This document shows, in pieces, positions 10,202 to 21,043 of a stretch of 64,000 bases of DNA. The stretch's first letter is position 1; the number at the start of each line of letters is the position of its first letter. This DNA is from an uncultured Mycoplasmatota bacterium (lineage in GTDB: Bacteria; Bacillota_I; Bacilli_A; RF39; UBA660). The position numbers were made by a program, and so were the translations under genes. Below the pieces are notes generated by a model. It was not told the origin of the DNA. It searched no databases and saw nothing but the letters and a program-made list of their open reading frames with translations. The stretch lies in contig URHJ01000001.1 in NCBI GenBank assembly GCA_900547465.1, positions 20,341 through 84,340 of the forward strand, read 5' to 3'.

Positions 10202-10897
10202 TTATTTGTCAAAACTATTTTCTACTTTAATACCAGGACCCATTGTTGAAGAAATAGAAATGTTTTTAACATATTCTCCCTTAACAGTAGCTGGTTTTAC
10301 TTTTAAAATAGCTGCTACAAATGCATCTAAGTTAGCAAGTAAATCTTCCTCTGAGAAAGATACTTTACCAATAATACCATGAATATTACCAAATGAATCT
10401 GTTCTATATTCAACACGTCCAGCTTTAACTTCGTTAACAGCTTTTTCAACATCCATAGTAACAGTACCTGTTTTAGGGTTTGGCATTAATCCTCTAGGAC
10501 CTAAAACACGACCAATTTTACCAAGTAAAGGCATCATATCAGGAGTAGCAATCATAGTATCAAAATCGAACCAATTTTCTTTTTCGATTTTTTCGATCAT
10601 GTCAACATCTCCAACATAATCAGCACCAGCATTCTTAGCCTTTTCTGCATTTTCTCCCTTTGCAATTACTAATACACGAATATTCTTACCAGTTCCCTTA
10701 GGTAAAACTATTGCACCACGTAATTGTTGATCAGCCTTTTTAGTATCTAAGTTTAATCTCATTGCAACTTCTACAGAACCATCAAATTTACTAATAGAAG
10801 TTTCTTTAACTAACTTGACTGCTTCTTCTTTAGAATATACTTTACCTTTTTCTATCTTAGAAAAAGCTTCTTCGTATTTCTTACTTCTCTTTTTCAT
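10202..10897 (-). CDS. rplA: 50S ribosomal protein L1
   Basis: 231 aa, typical L1 sequence (..[19 protein letters not shown]..). Confidence 0.95.
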   Translation of the reverse strand: MKKRSKKYEEAFSKIEKGKVYSKEEAVKLVKETSISKFDGSVEVAMRLNLDTKKADQQLRGAIVLPKGTGKNIRVLVIAKGENAEKAKNAGADYVGDVDMIEKIEKENWFDFDTMIATPDMMPLLGKIGRVLGPRGLMPNPKTGTVTMDVEKAVNEVKAGRVEYRTDSFGNIHGIIGKVSFSEEDLLANLDAFVAAILKVKPATVKGEYVKNISISSTMGPGIKVENSFDK

Positions 10898-10973
10898 TAT
10901 TTTTCCTCCTTATGTGGTTTATTTCGGAATTCATGTAAGCGGACATTCCTTCCACAAGGTTACTTATTACCTA

Positions 10974-11528
10974 TTATTCTGCACTTTCTTCAGTTGTTTG
11001 TGCATCTGCTGCTTCTTTTGCAGCTTCCTTAGCTTCTTCTTTTGCTAATTCAATTTCATGTTCATGAGCTTCAGCTACTTCTTCTTCAAGTTCTTTATCA
11101 TTTACTCCTTCAACAGCTATACCCATATTTCTTGCTGTACCTTCAACAATTTTCATTGCTGCTTCTACATCATATGCATTTAAATCAGGTAATTTGATTT
11201 CTGCTATTTCACGAGCTTGTTCTTTTGTTAATGTAGCAACAATTTCATGTGCTCCTTTAACTGAACCTTTATTTATTTTAGCATACTTCTTTAATAAGAA
11301 ACTTGTAGGTGGAGTTTTAATAATAAAATCAAAACTTCTATCATCATATATTGAAATTTCTACTGGTAAGATATCTCCCATCTTATCTCTAGTAGCATCA
11401 TTATATTTTGTACAAAATTCTTGTAAATTAATTCCTGCTGGTCCTAAAACAGTTCCAACTGGTGGAGCTGGTGTAGCTTTTCCTGCAGGTATTTGTAATT
11501 TAATCTTCTTTACTGCTTCCTTTGCCAC
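10974..11528 (-). CDS. rplK: 50S ribosomal protein L11 with an acidic C-terminal extension of about 45 aa
   Basis: First ~140 aa are canonical L11 ([22 protein letters not shown]...[12 protein letters not shown]). The tail is E/A/K-rich (..[37 protein letters not shown]). Confidence 0.9.
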   Translation of the reverse strand: MAKEAVKKIKLQIPAGKATPAPPVGTVLGPAGINLQEFCTKYNDATRDKMGDILPVEISIYDDRSFDFIIKTPPTSFLLKKYAKINKGSVKGAHEIVATLTKEQAREIAEIKLPDLNAYDVEAAMKIVEGTARNMGIAVEGVNDKELEEEVAEAHEHEIELAKEEAKEAAKEAADAQTTEESAE

Positions 11529-11733
11529 GAAAAACGCCTCCTTTTATTTTGTTTTCGCGAGTGGTCCAAATAGCTATTACCGCTTTAATTGCTTTATTGC
11601 CTCCCACTAAAAACTATATTAAATTAAATATAGCTACTAAAGAATATCATAAATTTCCTTATTTTTCAAGAAATTTTTAACAAAAATAGCAAAAAGCCAA
11701 AATAAAAACGGCTAAATTAACCGTTTTATCATT
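11529..11733 (-). promoter_or_regulatory. nusG-rplK intergenic region: probable nusG terminator and L11-L1 operon leader
   Basis: On the minus transcript a stem AACGG..CCGTT is followed by a T-run just after the nusG stop. The L11 leader is called by position only. Confidence 0.25.
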
Positions 11734-12267
11734 TTATGCTCTTTCAATTTGATTTAATTCAACTTCTACAGAAGTTTCTTGACCAAACAAATCAACTGAT
11801 AAATTAACTTTTTGATTTGGTATATCAACTTCTTCTACTTTACCATACATACCATTAAATGGACCAGAAATAATTTTAACTTTAACTCCAACTTCTAATT
11901 CATTATCAACATCAATACGAGACATTCCCATATTATTCAAAATCTTATCTACTTCATAAGGTTGTAATGGAGTAGGTTTTGCCCCTTTACCACTTGATCC
12001 AATAAATCCTGTAACACCTGGTGTATTACGAACAACATACCAAGCTTCATCAGTCATAACCATTTCAACAAGAATATATCCAGGAAACATTTTCTTTACT
12101 TTTTCCTTAGTTACTCCATCTTTTATTTCTACCTCTTTTTGTTCTGGAACAATAACTCTATAAATATAATCTTCCATATTCATAGATTCAGCTCTCATCT
12201 CTAGTTTTTCTTTTACTTTGTTTTCATGTCCTGAATAAGTATTAACTACATACCATTGTTTTTCCAT
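11734..12267 (-). CDS. nusG: Transcription antitermination factor NusG
   Basis: 177 aa with NGN and KOW regions. secE-nusG-rplK synteny. Confidence 0.95.
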   Translation of the reverse strand: MEKQWYVVNTYSGHENKVKEKLEMRAESMNMEDYIYRVIVPEQKEVEIKDGVTKEKVKKMFPGYILVEMVMTDEAWYVVRNTPGVTGFIGSSGKGAKPTPLQPYEVDKILNNMGMSRIDVDNELEVGVKVKIISGPFNGMYGKVEEVDIPNQKVNLSVDLFGQETSVEVELNQIERA

Positions 12268-12278
12268 AATTACCCTCC

Positions 12279-12593
12279 TTATTTAAATAATGCTTGAAAA
12301 AAAGCAAATAAAGCATCTATTCCATAGAAAAATAAGGAACAGAAAACTATAAATATAATAGTTGCAATAGAATACTTTACCATATCAGTTTTTGATGTCC
12401 AATGAACTTTAGTAAATTCAGTTTTAACACCATGACAAAAAATTCTAAATTTAACCCACAAATTATTTTTTTCTTCTTTATTTGTATTTTTCTTAGTAGT
12501 CTTTTTCTTTTTTTGCACTACTTCTTCTTCATGCTTATCTTCATCAATTTTTACAATAGATTTTCTTTCTTTTGCCTTTACAATTTCAGCCAT
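12279..12593 (-). CDS. secE: Preprotein translocase subunit SecE (Lys-rich N-terminal extension)
   Basis: 104 aa with a single C-terminal TM helix. Position upstream of nusG. Confidence 0.8.
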   Translation of the reverse strand: MAEIVKAKERKSIVKIDEDKHEEEVVQKKKKTTKKNTNKEEKNNLWVKFRIFCHGVKTEFTKVHWTSKTDMVKYSIATIIFIVFCSLFFYGIDALFAFFQALFK

Positions 12594-12688
12594 TTTTCTT
12601 CACCTTGCTTCTTAATTTTTCCAAATAAAAAACACTCTTTCGTGTTCACAATTAAAATAACATAAACACAATAGAATGTCAATAAAAA

Positions 12689-13345
12689 TTAACCAATAAA
12701 TAAAGCAATTGATAAAACTACTCCTAAAACTATCATCGCAATTGGTAAAATCAAAAAACTAACAAAAGCAGCTTGTCTCTTATCATCTAAATCTCTATAA
12801 AGATTTCTAGTATCTTTATCCGCAAAAGCACTACCTATACTTGTAGCCTTCTTTTTTTGAATTCCCATAGAAGTAGAAGAACCTTCACCTACTTCTTTTT
12901 GTAATGCTTCTACTTCTCTTCTCGTTTTTTCAGCAACAAAGTCACAATAATAAACAGAGGCCCCCCTTTCTACAATCCCTCTAAAATAAGGAACATCATC
13001 TTGAGGCAAAAATTCAGCAAACATATCAAAATTTTCTTTTAAAAATTTAGGCTTTAAATAATCAAATGTACCGCTATAAATACCAATTTGAATAAAGGCA
13101 ATATTATATATATCTTCTCTAATTAACTGGCTTTCTTGATCAAGTGGCATCTTAATAACTGTTTTATAACGAATAGGACTTTCTTTTTCAGTATCAAGAA
13201 TTTCGATATCATTAAGGTTGAAACTTTTTATACAATAATCATGTTCATGAATATACTTCATAGCTGTTGACATATTATAATATAATTTCTGCATATCTTC
13301 CGTACTATGTTGATATTGATAGTACTCTTTCAAATCCATTTTCAT
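12689..13345 (-). CDS. Hypothetical tail-anchored membrane protein (cytoplasmic N-domain, single C-terminal TM)
   Basis: 218 aa, with the only hydrophobic helix at the extreme C-terminus (AAFVSFLILPIAMIVLGVVLSIALFIG). It occupies the slot between sigH and secE where Bacillus has rpmG. Confidence 0.5.
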   Translation of the reverse strand: MKMDLKEYYQYQHSTEDMQKLYYNMSTAMKYIHEHDYCIKSFNLNDIEILDTEKESPIRYKTVIKMPLDQESQLIREDIYNIAFIQIGIYSGTFDYLKPKFLKENFDMFAEFLPQDDVPYFRGIVERGASVYYCDFVAEKTRREVEALQKEVGEGSSTSMGIQKKKATSIGSAFADKDTRNLYRDLDDKRQAAFVSFLILPIAMIVLGVVLSIALFIG

Positions 13346-13399
13346 ACCCTATTCACCTATGATAATTGTAACATAAAACTATAAAAAAAACAGATAAAT

Positions 13400-14008
13400 T
13401 TATATTTTTTCAAACTCTAATTTATATCTGTCTTTACATATTTGTATATAACGATCAACTGAACTAACTGATAAATCAAGTAATTTAGCTATTTCTTTAT
13501 ACTTAAAACCATTATAACGTAATTCAAATATTAAACTCTGAACAAGAGGTAATTTATGCTTAAACTTAATTAACTTAGTAAATATGTAATCAGAACTAAC
13601 ATAAAAATCTGGACTTCCACTACAATCTTCATCTTCAGGATCAAAAGTAATATCATCATCAATAATAATATTATCAAAAGAATAAGCATTATTTAAAATT
13701 TCATTTTTAGTAGAAAGAAATTGCCTACAATATCCCCTTATTTGTCTATTTATACAAATACTACTAAATGTATAAAACAATGCACTTTGATTATCTTTAT
13801 ATGATTTAATTGCGTTAGAAAGACCAACATAACCTTCTTGAACTAAATCATCTTTATCAATACCTCTAAATTTAAAATAATTATAATACTTATCAGCTAT
13901 TGCATAAATGATAGGTTTATATTTTCTAAATATAACTTTCTCTGCCTCATCATCATTTTCTGCAACCAAATACAATTGTTCATAATCGTTAATATCTCTA
14001 TAATCCAT
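13400..14008 (-). CDS. sigH: Sigma-70 family sigma factor, SigH-like
   Basis: 202 aa. Region 2 motif DLVQEGYVGLSNAIKSY and region 4 HTH (YKEIAKLLDLSVSSVDRYI). Synteny cysS-mrnC-rlmB-sigH as in Bacillus and Clostridium. Confidence 0.7.
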   Translation of the reverse strand: MDYRDINDYEQLYLVAENDDEAEKVIFRKYKPIIYAIADKYYNYFKFRGIDKDDLVQEGYVGLSNAIKSYKDNQSALFYTFSSICINRQIRGYCRQFLSTKNEILNNAYSFDNIIIDDDITFDPEDEDCSGSPDFYVSSDYIFTKLIKFKHKLPLVQSLIFELRYNGFKYKEIAKLLDLSVSSVDRYIQICKDRYKLEFEKI

Positions 14009-14015
14009 AATATAC

Positions 14016-14714
14016 CTACTTTCTATTACGGACTACCTCATATATCATGATACCAGAAGCTACACTAGCATTTAAACTATTAATCTTACCAAACATAGGT
14101 ATAGTAGCAACAAAATCACAGGACTCTCTAACTAGTCTAGAAATTCCCCTTCCCTCATTACCAATTACTAATGCTGTTTTTCCACTATAATCAATGCTAC
14201 GATAATCAACACTATCTTCCATTGCTGTTCCAACAACCCAGAAACCATTATCTTTTAACTTGCTAATAGCATTAACAAGGTTAGAAACAACAGCAATATG
14301 AACATTTGATAAAGCTCCTGCACTAGTTTTCATAACAGTAGAATTAACCATTACTTGTCTATCCTTTGGTATTATAATATAAGAAACACCAGCCGCTTCA
14401 CATGTTCTTATGATTGCTCCCAAATTATGAGGATCTTCTAAATGATCAAGAATCACAACAAAATCTGAATCAGATGAGCAAACATCATCTAATGAACTAT
14501 ATTGGTAGTCCTTAATGTCAAGTATTATACCTTGATGAGTACCATTACACAAATTATCCATTTCTCTTTTTTGCTTATAAAATATATCGAATTTGCAATT
14601 TTCTAGTAATGAATTTATCTTTTTATCATCAAATCCATCTTGCAAAATAACTTTTTTTACATTTTTAGGATTTTGTAAAACTTCTTTAGCAACATTTCTT
14701 CCATAAACTAACAT
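14016..14714 (-). CDS. rlmB: 23S rRNA (guanosine-2'-O)-methyltransferase RlmB (SpoU/TrmH family)
   Basis: 232 aa, SpoU methylase motifs (..LVIGNEGRGIS..), yacO position. Confidence 0.8.
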   Translation of the reverse strand: MLVYGRNVAKEVLQNPKNVKKVILQDGFDDKKINSLLENCKFDIFYKQKREMDNLCNGTHQGIILDIKDYQYSSLDDVCSSDSDFVVILDHLEDPHNLGAIIRTCEAAGVSYIIIPKDRQVMVNSTVMKTSAGALSNVHIAVVSNLVNAISKLKDNGFWVVGTAMEDSVDYRSIDYSGKTALVIGNEGRGISRLVRESCDFVATIPMFGKINSLNASVASGIMIYEVVRNRK

Positions 14715-15091
14715 AAACTACCTCCTAATATATATTCCATTATCTCATCGATACGCACTCTATTATTAGTAAGTTCTAAATATCCAATAACAGCTTCCAA
14801 ACCTGTCGCATGTTTATAAGTAACAATATCACAGTTTTTTGGATGAGATGTACTTTTATAATTTCTAGCTCTTTTAAAAACATCTACTTCCTCTTCAGAT
14901 AATAAATTTTCATCTAATAATTTTTTAATGAATCCAGCTTGATGTTTTGCACTAACATAATTGACAGATTTCTTCTGTAATTCATCTACATTATTTATTC
15001 CTAACGAAATTAAATATTTTCTAATATAATCTTCATAAATAGTATCACCTAAATAAGCAAGTACTAATACATTTACTTCTCTTACGTCCAT
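14708..15091 (-). CDS. mrnC: Mini-ribonuclease III
   Basis: 127 aa. LAYLGDTIYE and ATGLEAVIGYLEL motifs. yazC position after cysS. Confidence 0.8.
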   Translation of the reverse strand: MDVREVNVLVLAYLGDTIYEDYIRKYLISLGINNVDELQKKSVNYVSAKHQAGFIKKLLDENLLSEEEVDVFKRARNYKSTSHPKNCDIVTYKHATGLEAVIGYLELTNNRVRIDEIMEYILGGSLC

Positions 15092-15141
15092 ATTTCCTCC
15101 AATAACAAAGATAGTATATCACAAAAAAAGAACATAATGTT

Positions 15142-16536
15142 CTATTTTGTAATAAATTCATAAGTGGTTCCATCTCTACCATCTATCAATTTAATTCCAT
15201 CTTTTAATAATTCATCACGAATTTTATCTGCCAATTCATAATTCTTTTCTAATTTTGCTTTATTACGAAGTTCTATTTTTTCTAAAATTTCACTATCTAA
15301 ATTCACCTCAATTGATTCATCTTCCAATAAATCAAGAGATAAAACAGTATCCCAAGCTTTTATTAACGATAATTTTGTAGAATCATTTACTGAATCTTTC
15401 AACAAATCATAAATAAGCGTAATCACATTAGCGGTGTTCAAATCATCTCCAATGTATGCCCTAAATTTAGAATCATATTCTTCATAAACATCTTTAGAAA
15501 CATCACCATCATCACTTAAAGTAGAAATTTTTTTCTTTAACTTCAAATAACTATTTTCTGCATTAGATAATGCCTCATAAGAAAACACCAATACCTTCCT
15601 ATAAGAGGAATTCAAACACATAAATCTGTATGAAAGAGGGTTATATCCTTTACTTTTTAATAAATCTACAGTCAAAAATTCTCCCTTTGACTTACTCATT
15701 TTACCTGTACTATCATTTAAATGTTCTCCATGTACCCAATATCTACACCAAGAATGCCCCAAATAAGCCTCACTTTGCGCAATTTCATTAGTATGGTGTG
15801 GAAAAATATTATCAACACCACCACAATGTATATCAAGATCTTCTCCCAAATATCTAACACTAATTCCAGAACATTCAATATGCCATCCAGGATATCCCAA
15901 TCCCCAAGGTGAATCCCACTTCAATTCTTGATCATCAAATTTTGACTTAGTAAACCACAATACAAAATCTGCCTGATTTTTTTTATAACTATCCTCTTCT
16001 ACACCTTCACGAACTCCTACTACCATCTCATCTATTTTATGATTAGTAAGTTTATAATAATCATCCAACTTAGATGTATCAAAATAAACATTACCACCAC
16101 TTAAATAAGCATATCCTTTTTCTAATAAAACCTCAATTATCTTTATATAATAAGAAATATTATCGGTAGCTTTAGAAACTATTTCCGGCCATTTAATATT
16201 TAAACTAGCAGTATCCCTCTTAAAGCAATCTGTATAAAAATCCGCAATATCCATAACTGATTTATGCTCTCTTTTAGCACCTTTCAACATTTTATCCTCA
16301 CCAGAATCAGAATCACTAGTAAGATGTCCAACATCAGTAATATTCATACATCTTTTAACATTATAACCAAGATAATTTAAAGTCTTTTCCAAGATATCCT
16401 CAAAAATATAACATCTCAAATTACCAATATGTGCAAAATGATATACAGTAGGTCCACACGTATACATAGTAACTAAATTTTTATCCTTAGGTATAAACTC
16501 TTCTACCTTTCTCGTTAAAGTATTATAAATCTTCAT
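15142..16536 (-). CDS. cysS: Cysteinyl-tRNA synthetase
   Basis: 464 aa. HIGN (class I HIGH variant) and KMSKS motifs. Begins MKIYNTLTRKVEEF. Confidence 0.95.
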   Translation of the reverse strand: MKIYNTLTRKVEEFIPKDKNLVTMYTCGPTVYHFAHIGNLRCYIFEDILEKTLNYLGYNVKRCMNITDVGHLTSDSDSGEDKMLKGAKREHKSVMDIADFYTDCFKRDTASLNIKWPEIVSKATDNISYYIKIIEVLLEKGYAYLSGGNVYFDTSKLDDYYKLTNHKIDEMVVGVREGVEEDSYKKNQADFVLWFTKSKFDDQELKWDSPWGLGYPGWHIECSGISVRYLGEDLDIHCGGVDNIFPHHTNEIAQSEAYLGHSWCRYWVHGEHLNDSTGKMSKSKGEFLTVDLLKSKGYNPLSYRFMCLNSSYRKVLVFSYEALSNAENSYLKLKKKISTLSDDGDVSKDVYEEYDSKFRAYIGDDLNTANVITLIYDLLKDSVNDSTKLSLIKAWDTVLSLDLLEDESIEVNLDSEILEKIELRNKAKLEKNYELADKIRDELLKDGIKLIDGRDGTTYEFITK

Positions 16537-16583
16537 AATATCACCTGCACATATTATAACATAAGAGTAAAAACAATGAAATA

Positions 16584-18884
16584 CTATAAAGTACTAGGAA
16601 CAGTTATTTCCTTACTTCCGCTTAATATTTGATTAATTATATAATTATTAATTTTTCTATCTATAGTTTTATCAATTCTTCTAGCTCCATACTTTTCATA
16701 ACTAGAATCTTCTTTTATTTCAGAAACAAGTTTCCTAGAAAACGAAAGTATTACCGAATTCTTTTTATAATAATCTTTAAGTCTCTTTAATTTATTTTTA
16801 ATAATACCAGTAATAACCTCATCATTCAATGAATTAAATATTAAAATATCATCAATTCTATTCATAAATTCAACACCAAAGAAATCAGTAAGCTCTGGAA
16901 TATTATTTTTTGAAGATAATGAAAAACCAACTGCATCATGTCCCATTCCTAAATTAGATGTCATAAAAATAACTACATGATTAAAATAAACATCGTTTCC
17001 TCTAGAATCTTTCATTTTCCCTTCATCTAACGCTTGTAAAAAGAGTTTTACTACATCAGTACTAGCTTTTTCTATCTCATCAAGTAACAAGACTGAATGA
17101 GGATTATTTCTAATTTTTTCCAATAAATAATTATGCTCATCATAACCAATATAACCCGGTGGAGAACCAATTATTTTACTAATTGAATGAGGCTCTCTAT
17201 ATTCACTCATATCTAGTCTAATAAAACTATCATGATGATATAACTCTTTAGCATATTCCTTTACTAACATAGTCTTCCCTACACCTGTCTTTCCAACTAA
17301 CAAAAATGAATGAACTTTAGGTGGAAAAATATTCAATTGTTTTCTCTTTGTATAATCGCAAATAATCTTTATAGCCTCATCTTGTCCCATTATTTTAGAT
17401 TTTAATTTATTCTCCAAGTTTAACACTTGTTTATTATTAGAAGAAAACTCACAAAGAGGAACATTACTTCTATGAGAAATAACTTCTGCTACCATATTCT
17501 TAGTAATAACTTTATATGCCATATTCTTTTGATTTTTAAGTTGTAACTTATTTATCTTACTCTCTAACTTAGATTGTTCATTTTTCAATTCAGTAGCCTT
17601 AAAAAAATCTTCTTTAACAATCTCATCTTTCTTTAACTTTTTAATCATATTTAGTTTTTGTTGTAATTTTTCTAATTTTTCTTCGTCTTTATTTTTCATA
17701 AGAGCAGTTTTTACACAAACTTCATCTAAAATATCAATAGCTTTATCTGGAAACCTTCTATTATGTATAAATTCATCGCAAAGTGACACAATTTCAAGTA
17801 TAATTTCATCGGAAATAGAAGTATGATGAAAACTCTCATATATAGGCTTCATTTTAGTTAAAATATCAATTGTTTTTTCCTTACTTGGTTCAACTACTTT
17901 AATTCTTTGAAATCTTCTATCTAAAGCTTTATCTTTTTCTAAGAATTGCAAATATTCATCAGTAGTAGTTGCTCCAATAAGTTTAATTTTTCCTCTAGCT
18001 AAAGCTGGTTTCAATATATTAGAAGCATCTATTGCCCCCTCAGCTCCACCTGCTCCTATCAAAGTATGAATTTCATCAATAAATAAAATAATATCAGGTG
18101 CAGCCTCAACTTCTTTTACTATTTTATTAATTCTTTCTTCAAACTCACCACGATATTTAGTTCCCGCTACTAAAGACGCCATTGAAATAGATAATATCCT
18201 CTTATTTTTAAGAGATTCAGGTACTAATCCTAATACGATTCTATTAGCCAAAGCCTCAACTATCGCAGTCTTACCAACACCAGCTTCACCAATTAGTAAT
18301 GGATTATTTTTACATCTTCTTGATAATATTTCTATAACCTGATTAATTTCACTTTCTCTACCTATAACAGGATCAATTTCAGAATTAAGACACTTTTGAT
18401 TTAAATCAATCGCAAAATCTTCTATAAGAAGTTTATGTTTATTTTTAGATTTTTTAGGAACAAAATCAGTAGAAAATTCATCATAAAGTAAATCTATATC
18501 AACATTCATTCCCATCAAAATTCTGATTGCTACTCCATCCCCCTCTTCAAGCAAAGCCAAAAATAAATGTAACAAAGTAACTTCTTTATCTTTATTTTCT
18601 CTACAATCTATAGTTGCATTTTCTATAATTCTTTTAAGTAAAGGTGTATACAAAAACCAACTATTAGATATACTACCTTTACCTACCACTTTAATAAGTT
18701 CGTCTTTAAAACTCTTATAATCTATATTATATTCAGATAATTTCTGAGTAAGATCAGATTCACTAAAAGAAAGGATAGCTAATAATAAATGTTCACTTCC
18801 AACATATGGATGATTTAGACTTGCCATTTCTTTTTTTGCTATCAATAATGCTTTTTGAGCATCTTCACTAAATTTTGAAAACAT
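16584..18884 (-). CDS. clpC: ATP-dependent Clp protease ATP-binding subunit ClpC
   Basis: 766 aa. Clp N-domain repeats and two AAA+ modules (GEAGVGKT, GKTGVGKT). Confidence 0.9.
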   Translation of the reverse strand: MFSKFSEDAQKALLIAKKEMASLNHPYVGSEHLLLAILSFSESDLTQKLSEYNIDYKSFKDELIKVVGKGSISNSWFLYTPLLKRIIENATIDCRENKDKEVTLLHLFLALLEEGDGVAIRILMGMNVDIDLLYDEFSTDFVPKKSKNKHKLLIEDFAIDLNQKCLNSEIDPVIGRESEINQVIEILSRRCKNNPLLIGEAGVGKTAIVEALANRIVLGLVPESLKNKRILSISMASLVAGTKYRGEFEERINKIVKEVEAAPDIILFIDEIHTLIGAGGAEGAIDASNILKPALARGKIKLIGATTTDEYLQFLEKDKALDRRFQRIKVVEPSKEKTIDILTKMKPIYESFHHTSISDEIILEIVSLCDEFIHNRRFPDKAIDILDEVCVKTALMKNKDEEKLEKLQQKLNMIKKLKKDEIVKEDFFKATELKNEQSKLESKINKLQLKNQKNMAYKVITKNMVAEVISHRSNVPLCEFSSNNKQVLNLENKLKSKIMGQDEAIKIICDYTKRKQLNIFPPKVHSFLLVGKTGVGKTMLVKEYAKELYHHDSFIRLDMSEYREPHSISKIIGSPPGYIGYDEHNYLLEKIRNNPHSVLLLDEIEKASTDVVKLFLQALDEGKMKDSRGNDVYFNHVVIFMTSNLGMGHDAVGFSLSSKNNIPELTDFFGVEFMNRIDDILIFNSLNDEVITGIIKNKLKRLKDYYKKNSVILSFSRKLVSEIKEDSSYEKYGARRIDKTIDRKINNYIINQILSGSKEITVPSTL

Positions 18885-18982
18885 ACTATCTCCTCCTAAA
18901 CATATTGTATGTTTAGTATATGTTTTTTGTAAAGATTTTATATCCCCAAAAAAGTGACAAGAATTTCAAAAAAAAAGACAAA

Positions 18983-19447
18983 CTATCTTTTCTTAGTAAG
19001 ACAATAGCCCCTACCATCAGATAGTTCATCAAAGAATTGACTTGTTAAAGAAGTTTTTATATTTTTTAAATAATCATGTGATACACTACATACTTCCAAT
19101 ATAACTTTGCTTGAAGTAACATCAACACCATGAGAAAGAGTAGAATTAAAGCAAATACTTTCATCTGTTTCTCTACCATCAATTTTAAAAGTTCCTTTGA
19201 GCGATTTATAACGTTCAGCACCCTCATCTAGATTATGAAGACGAATACCAGAACCTGTAGGAATATATAAATAAGAAATATCATAACCATCATTTTCAAT
19301 AGAAAAAGATCCATTAATTTTATACACAGGTCCAATCGCAATATCATCAGAAAGTAACGAATAATCCTCCTCCATAATTTTAGACTCTACATACAATAAT
19401 TTATCCATAATATCACTCCTCAAAATATAAAGGATATTATAATACAA
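18983..19447 (-). CDS. Hypothetical protein upstream of clpC
   Basis: 154-aa ORF with no recognisable motif. It has no HTH, so it is not CtsR. Confidence 0.4.
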   Translation of the reverse strand: MYYNILYILRSDIMDKLLYVESKIMEEDYSLLSDDIAIGPVYKINGSFSIENDGYDISYLYIPTGSGIRLHNLDEGAERYKSLKGTFKIDGRETDESICFNSTLSHGVDVTSSKVILEVCSVSHDYLKNIKTSLTSQFFDELSDGRGYCLTKKR

Positions 19448-19502
19448 AAAAATAAATCTGTAAACAAAAAAAAGACCACAATCAAATGTGATCTTTAAAA
19501 CA

Positions 19503-21023
19503 CTAAATTAATGCTAAAATAGTGAAAATAATTAACATTAGAACAAATAATTCTAATACTAATTTCCAAATGTTTTTCCACCATTCTTTGTAAGAAATTC
19601 CTAAGTATGAAAGTACAGTCATAAGTACAACACTTGTAGGAGCAACTAACATAGTAACACCATACATAGCTTGATATACAACACCAATAACTGCATATGT
19701 ACTCTTCTTAGAAACTAAACTTGCCAAATAAGGTAAAACACTTTGGAATGCATATAATGGATCTGCATTAAATACACTAGCCAAAATTGCTGCAATAGTT
19801 GAAGTAAATACATTAAATCCTTTAGTAAATCCAAATAAGAACTTATAAATAGTTAATTGGAAAGGATGATATGTAACTGCAACTAAACAAGTATAGATTA
19901 AAATCACTAAGCAAGCAGGCTCTAAAGCCCTTTTAGCACCAGTAATAAATGCTTGTAATCCATCATTAAACTTAACTTTATAAACAATCATTAAGAACAC
20001 TGCTGCAACAATCATAACTAATGATAAATCATTTAAAGTCCAACTACCAAATGCATTTACATTACCAAGTAATTTTCCAAATAAAGCAAATCCAAATACT
20101 TTGAATCCAGTAACTGCTGAAGTAGCATCTTCCATTGCAGTAACTTTGAAAGCATTTGACCAAGAAATAAATGCTAAAATCATGATAACAAAGATAACAG
20201 AGAAAGCAACAACCAATGGCCATACTTTATGTTTTCCCTTTACCTCACTTGGAACATAATAGTCTATATCAGATTTAGTTTTTACAACTTTTACAGACTC
20301 AGTTTTATCAGCTGCCTTTGTAGTAGCCTTAGTAGTCTTTTTAGTTGTTTTCTTAGTATCTTCTTTCTTTGAAGATTCTTTCTTTGTAGAAGCTTTAACT
20401 GATTTTTTCTTCTTATCTAAAGAATTAATGTATAAAATTGTATTCACAATAAGAACAGCTAATCCTAAGACAAGAATAATTAATTTAGCTCCCCAATTAG
20501 AAGTGATTTTTAAAGAAAGAGTTGACATGATAACACTTGTATTACCATAAGCAAATAAACTACCAGCAACACCAATCATAGTAGAACCTACTAATGTAAG
20601 TGCAGCGACAATTTTATCATATCCCATTAATAAGATAAGTGATACCAAGAATGGGAAAAAGATAATTAATCCTAATTGTAAACCACAAATAGATGTGATA
20701 ACTGCAAGTAATACCATAATTATAGATATTACTAATTTACCATGTTTTTGGAACTTTTTAGAAAGATTATCAAGTAAAGTACGATAAGCTGGTATAGTAT
20801 TTAAAATACCATAAAAACCTCCAACAACTAAAATAAATATAGCAATATATCCAAAGTATGATATTGCAGTAGTAGGATAACTGAATAAATCAAATAATCC
20901 CATTTGAACGCGTCCTTGATCAGCATAACTACCTGAAAAATATGCAGCAGGTAAAATCCAAGATAGTAGCATAAATACTAATAATGTTACAAGAACGACT
21001 TTAATTGTATTATGTCTCTTCAT
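19503..21023 (-). CDS. YfcC-family (AbgT/DcuC superfamily) membrane transporter with a Lys/Thr-rich internal loop
   Basis: 506 aa, multipass. C-terminal similarity to E. coli YfcC (..YPTS..LMT.LSYLGISYKEWWK..). Low-complexity KKTTKKTTKATTK insert. Confidence 0.65.
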   Translation of the reverse strand: MKRHNTIKVVLVTLLVFMLLSWILPAAYFSGSYADQGRVQMGLFDLFSYPTTAISYFGYIAIFILVVGGFYGILNTIPAYRTLLDNLSKKFQKHGKLVISIIMVLLAVITSICGLQLGLIIFFPFLVSLILLMGYDKIVAALTLVGSTMIGVAGSLFAYGNTSVIMSTLSLKITSNWGAKLIILVLGLAVLIVNTILYINSLDKKKKSVKASTKKESSKKEDTKKTTKKTTKATTKAADKTESVKVVKTKSDIDYYVPSEVKGKHKVWPLVVAFSVIFVIMILAFISWSNAFKVTAMEDATSAVTGFKVFGFALFGKLLGNVNAFGSWTLNDLSLVMIVAAVFLMIVYKVKFNDGLQAFITGAKRALEPACLVILIYTCLVAVTYHPFQLTIYKFLFGFTKGFNVFTSTIAAILASVFNADPLYAFQSVLPYLASLVSKKSTYAVIGVVYQAMYGVTMLVAPTSVVLMTVLSYLGISYKEWWKNIWKLVLELFVLMLIIFTILALI

Positions 21024-21043
21024 AATATTAACCTCCCATAATA

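Noticed and set aside
18885-19447. CtsR/McsA/McsB regulatory genes or a CtsR operator (GGTCAAA repeats) upstream of clpC.
   Set aside because: The 154-aa upstream ORF has no HTH resembling CtsR, and no GGTCAAA direct repeat is present in 18885-18982.
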